From Blastocystis sp. Blastoise (Eukaryota; Protista; Bigyra: Opalinata): DNA of 64,000 nt. Both the position numbers and the translations under genes were made by a program. Positions 57,191 to 64,000 of this stretch are shown piece by piece. The stretch spans positions 62,001 to 126,000 of the forward strand of contig JBBPEB010000034.1 of NCBI GenBank assembly GCA_039096225.1. The letters are read 5' to 3'. Within the stretch, counting starts at the first letter, position 1, and each line of letters opens with the position of its first letter. The notes beneath the pieces were generated by a model. The model did no database searches. It was not told the DNA's origin and saw only the letters and a program-made list of their open reading frames with translations.

Positions 57191-57992
57191 TTCATCAATA
57201 AATCTATATATAAATATAATATAAATTTCTTTTCACTTTTTCATTTTTGTTTTCTTAGTATGTTTTTCTTTGTATTTATTATAATTTAATGCTTTACAAT
57301 TTGTTTTCTATCTTTTTTAATTATTTGTTCATTTCTGCTTTTTTATTATTGTTTTTTTTTCATTTTTATTTTTGGTCAATTTCTTCTAATCATTTTTTCA
57401 TATTTATTGTTTTCTTTTTTTATGAGCATGAACATTTATACTATACTATTATCTTTATAGATATAAAAATTATCATTGTTGTGTTTTAATACTTTAAACT
57501 TATTGATAGGATCCAAATTGTTTTTCTTTTAAATAAAATACTTGAATTGTAAAGAGTAATTTGACTTCTTTATATATCCCTAAGTTTTTTCAAGAGGATC
57601 TCAATATGAATAATTAAATTGACATCAATTATGTCCACAGTTAAATCATATCGGCTTTTTAAGAAGCAAATTAAAGTGAAATCATATCTAGGAATTAATA
57701 CTAAATCTAAAAATATGTTTTACTCAGATCATACTAACCAAATCATTGAATAAAATAATAAAATGAAGAATCAAAAAAAATTGTATCTCAACAAAAAGAA
57801 AAATGAAAAAGAGGAAAAATAGAAACAATGAATTCCCATGAGAACTCGATGTCCCATGAATATCTATCAGAATCCTTCTTCTTTTCAGTTAATTGTTATG
57901 GAAATTCATCACAAAAGAAAATCAAAAATTACATTTACATAGAAAGTGTATTTTAGTAGTCATTTATACATATATTGTAATAATAAAATAAG

Positions 57993-61041
<3,049 letters not shown>

Positions 61042-61765
61042 ACTATTCTATATATATATTTATATATTTATATATTTATTCTAGTATACTAACCTATTAT
61101 TTTTTTTACTCTTATCATTTTCATTTTTTTTTTAATTTTAGTATTTCTATTTACATTTAATTAGAGTATTTTCATAGTTCTTTTTATATTATTCATTTTA
61201 ATTCACTACTTGAATGCTTGTTGAGTTATTATTTTTAATAATAAATGCTATCTATTTAATACTACTGAATAGCTAATAAAAACAACATAGAAATCCTTTC
61301 CTACTATTCAATTATCATTATTTTATGTATATCAGTATATATATATAATATTATCTACGAAATAAGATTAAAACTTTAATTCATTTATTTAAAAGTGTGT
61401 TAAAAAATAATAAAATTTCTTTTTGAGTAAAAATATTTATACATACTTCAATAGTTATTTAATTCATAAAAAAAAATAAAACCAAAAGAGTTTTTTTTTT
61501 AAGAAATAGACGAGAAAAAAACAAATATATATAATATATATATATATATATTATTCTTATCAAATGGATACTAAAAAAATATATAAATAATAATAAACAT
61601 CAAAATAGAAAGAGAAAAATTGAAGTTATAAACATAAATATAAATGAATAAACATACATTCATGAAAACAAAAAATAAAAATAAGTATAATTTATGTACA
61701 AAATATAAAATAATGAATTATATATATATATGAAAATAAAGCATAGTATATATATATAAATATAT

Positions 61766-63274
61766 TTATAAGTTGATATCTGTACACATATGTGTCATAA
61801 GTTTTGTTGTTTTTACTCGATGCATGCCTATATATTCCCCATCAAACCACTTCTGTTCAGCATCCGGTTTAGTATAATGCATAATATAATTAGCGCATAT
61901 AGGTTTAACTCCTTCTAAATCATTAAATATCCCTATTTCAGAATCATCCATGTGCATTAATACAGGCATTCGACGGAACCATTTCTGATGAGAATACACT
62001 ACATCATTCGATAACACCATACCATTCGCTAAAGTTAAGTTAATTAACCGCGGGAATCCTTCACGAGTAGCATCATGCTTACATTTTAAAGGACCGCCTC
62101 CAATCTTATTATATACACATTGTCCTATATAATAACGTTCGCGTGGAGCGGTGTCAAGTTGACGCATCAAATCCTTCATCTTCAAGCACGTGTCATCATC
62201 CGTTAACATATAATAAGGTGTCGTTGCTTTTGCCGTTATAAATAGATCTTCAGCCATTAGTACTTTCATTGTTACATTCTGATAAGAATCTAATATATTA
62301 GGAATAATCAAATCATTATACTCAGCTTGTTCTTTTAATAATGCCATTTTCAACTTCTCTGTATCTTTCATAGATAAAGCTACTACAAAATAAAACTTAT
62401 AATTTCGATCAGATGTCGTCCATTGTCGCTGAGATGCAAACGTTTCACGAATTGCTTTTCGTACCCAAACTCCTAATGGCGGGCTTTTAACCATACCTAC
62501 CATAAAATAAGGATTAAATAAATTTTCAATTTTATCAATATGGGGAAGAGAGAAGAAAGAGAAATGTTTATTACGAGGAAAAGAGTAATAACCAAGGCTA
62601 TGACGACAATATTGTTGCTTCGATTGTATACTTACGTTATATGACATATATTCATATCTCTGATCACTCTTATCAGGTAAAGAATCAAAATATTCTTTTG
62701 GTTCATCTATATTAATTTCTTCTAAAAAGTGATTATTTGTAGTATTCAACTTATAATACATCAATGAACCAAATGTATAATCTTTATATCGTTCTGGAAT
62801 TTGGCTTGAAAGAGTTTCTTTGCTAGATTCGATAGTATCAATGTCTTTAGCAGTATCTTCCTGAATAGAATCATTCTCTTTTTGATCAGGAACAGTGTTT
62901 TGATCTGTAATGGATTGAAGAACTTCTTCTTCGTTTTCTTTTTCAATATTATCATTAGTTTTTCCTATTCTCAGAGACTTCAGAGTCGATTTCTTCACAG
63001 CATTATATGCAGACATAACTTTCTTATTCGCAAAATCTAGAGAATAAAGTGGAATAGCTCCTGGCACTATAATATACAGAATAATTATATATACAACTAT
63101 ATCTTATATACTAATGACAGGTATAGAATGGTGAACTGAGTCAACAGTAACATGAAAACGAGTAACCAAGAGAGATTTCGAGATTATTACATGAGTTGTA
63201 TACATAAAAGTGATGACTGTCAATATAAATAAAAACAGAATTGTACTTCTACTTGCCATTATTCCTAGATCCAT
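61766..63274 (-). CDS. GT31 beta-1,3-galactosyltransferase-like type II membrane protein, 1 intron (start 63274 or 63259)
   Basis: Signal anchor ILFLFILTVITFMY; RKAIRET; EQAEYNDL; DSYQNVTMK; YYMLTDDD; HMDDSEIG. Confidence 0.88.
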
Positions 63275-64000
63275 CGAAATATAGAATAAATATTATTATT
63301 GAAAAACTCCATCGAAATTCTTTAAACTAAAGTCTGAAAATTACTGAAAACGCATTAAAAACCATTCATTCCCCTAAATTTTCATTTCATCTTTATTTTT
63401 CTGTATTTTGAGTCACTTCTATGATTATGTATAGGTAAAGTTTATATAAATGATATTTATTAGTAGTGAACGAATTGTTATGTTTGAATTCGTATTCATC
63501 TGGGGAATCGATGAAGTTTTGTATTCAATATAATTTTAATCACATATTAGGAATCATTGACTCTGTTTTTCCTATGCATAGTAGTATTTATTATACTTAT
63601 TTAATAGCCAATAATGATTTTAAAATTAATTATTGCTAATTTTTTTTGACATTTTGTTGTTTATAATCATTGAAATTCATAGTTATTGCTATTATCCTAT
63701 ATTGATGAAAATGAATAATTTGATATACATGTATATAGCTCATGTAGACTAGCTTATTCAAGCAAAATTCAACATAATTTATTTGTACTATTTAGTTAAT
63801 CTATCAAATTATTACATATTGATAATATGTTATTATATCGTTATTCTTATAAGAGTAGATAAAGTTATTATATTTATATTCAAAATAGAAACGAGAAGTT
63901 TAATCAAAAAATGATATATAAGATACGTATATATATCTTTGAAAAATGGATAAAAAAATCTTCTAATATAAGATTAGATTATGATATTTTATAAATAATT

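Overview
This is eukaryotic, extremely AT-rich (roughly 20% GC by eye), intron-dense DNA. Manual splicing gives 15 protein-coding genes (one runs off the left edge), about 150 introns, and one tRNA-Lys(CTT). The genes are: a GT-A-like glycosyltransferase, a UBL...multi-EH protein, an Atg22-like MFS, a TetA-like MFS, a legumain/C13 protease, MON2, GAPDH, an F-box-like TBC RabGAP, a PPP phosphatase, REI1/ZNF622, a divergent Rab, organellar GrpE, a truncated XMAP215/CKAP5, a SAM-methyltransferase-TPR protein and a GT31 galactosyltransferase. GAPDH and legumain sequences suggest a stramenopile, plausibly a low-GC Blastocystis/opalinatan lineage (inference only). Most ORF-track entries are artefacts of intronic (TA)n/(TTA)n repeats. 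The main signals are: (1) at least four introns in conserved genes restore the expected protein only if a terminal nucleotide is non-canonical (GT-AC, two GT-AA, one non-GT donor), always next to a TATA run; (2) several introns are nothing but G(TA)nG perfect hairpins; (3) one AT-AC U12-type intron; (4) a GC-rich quasi-palindrome (TTCCCRYGGGAA / AACCGCGGTT family) recurs about 25 times in all reading frames and in promoters; (5) an XMAP215 lacking TOG1-2. Exon boundaries were derived by hand without transcript data.
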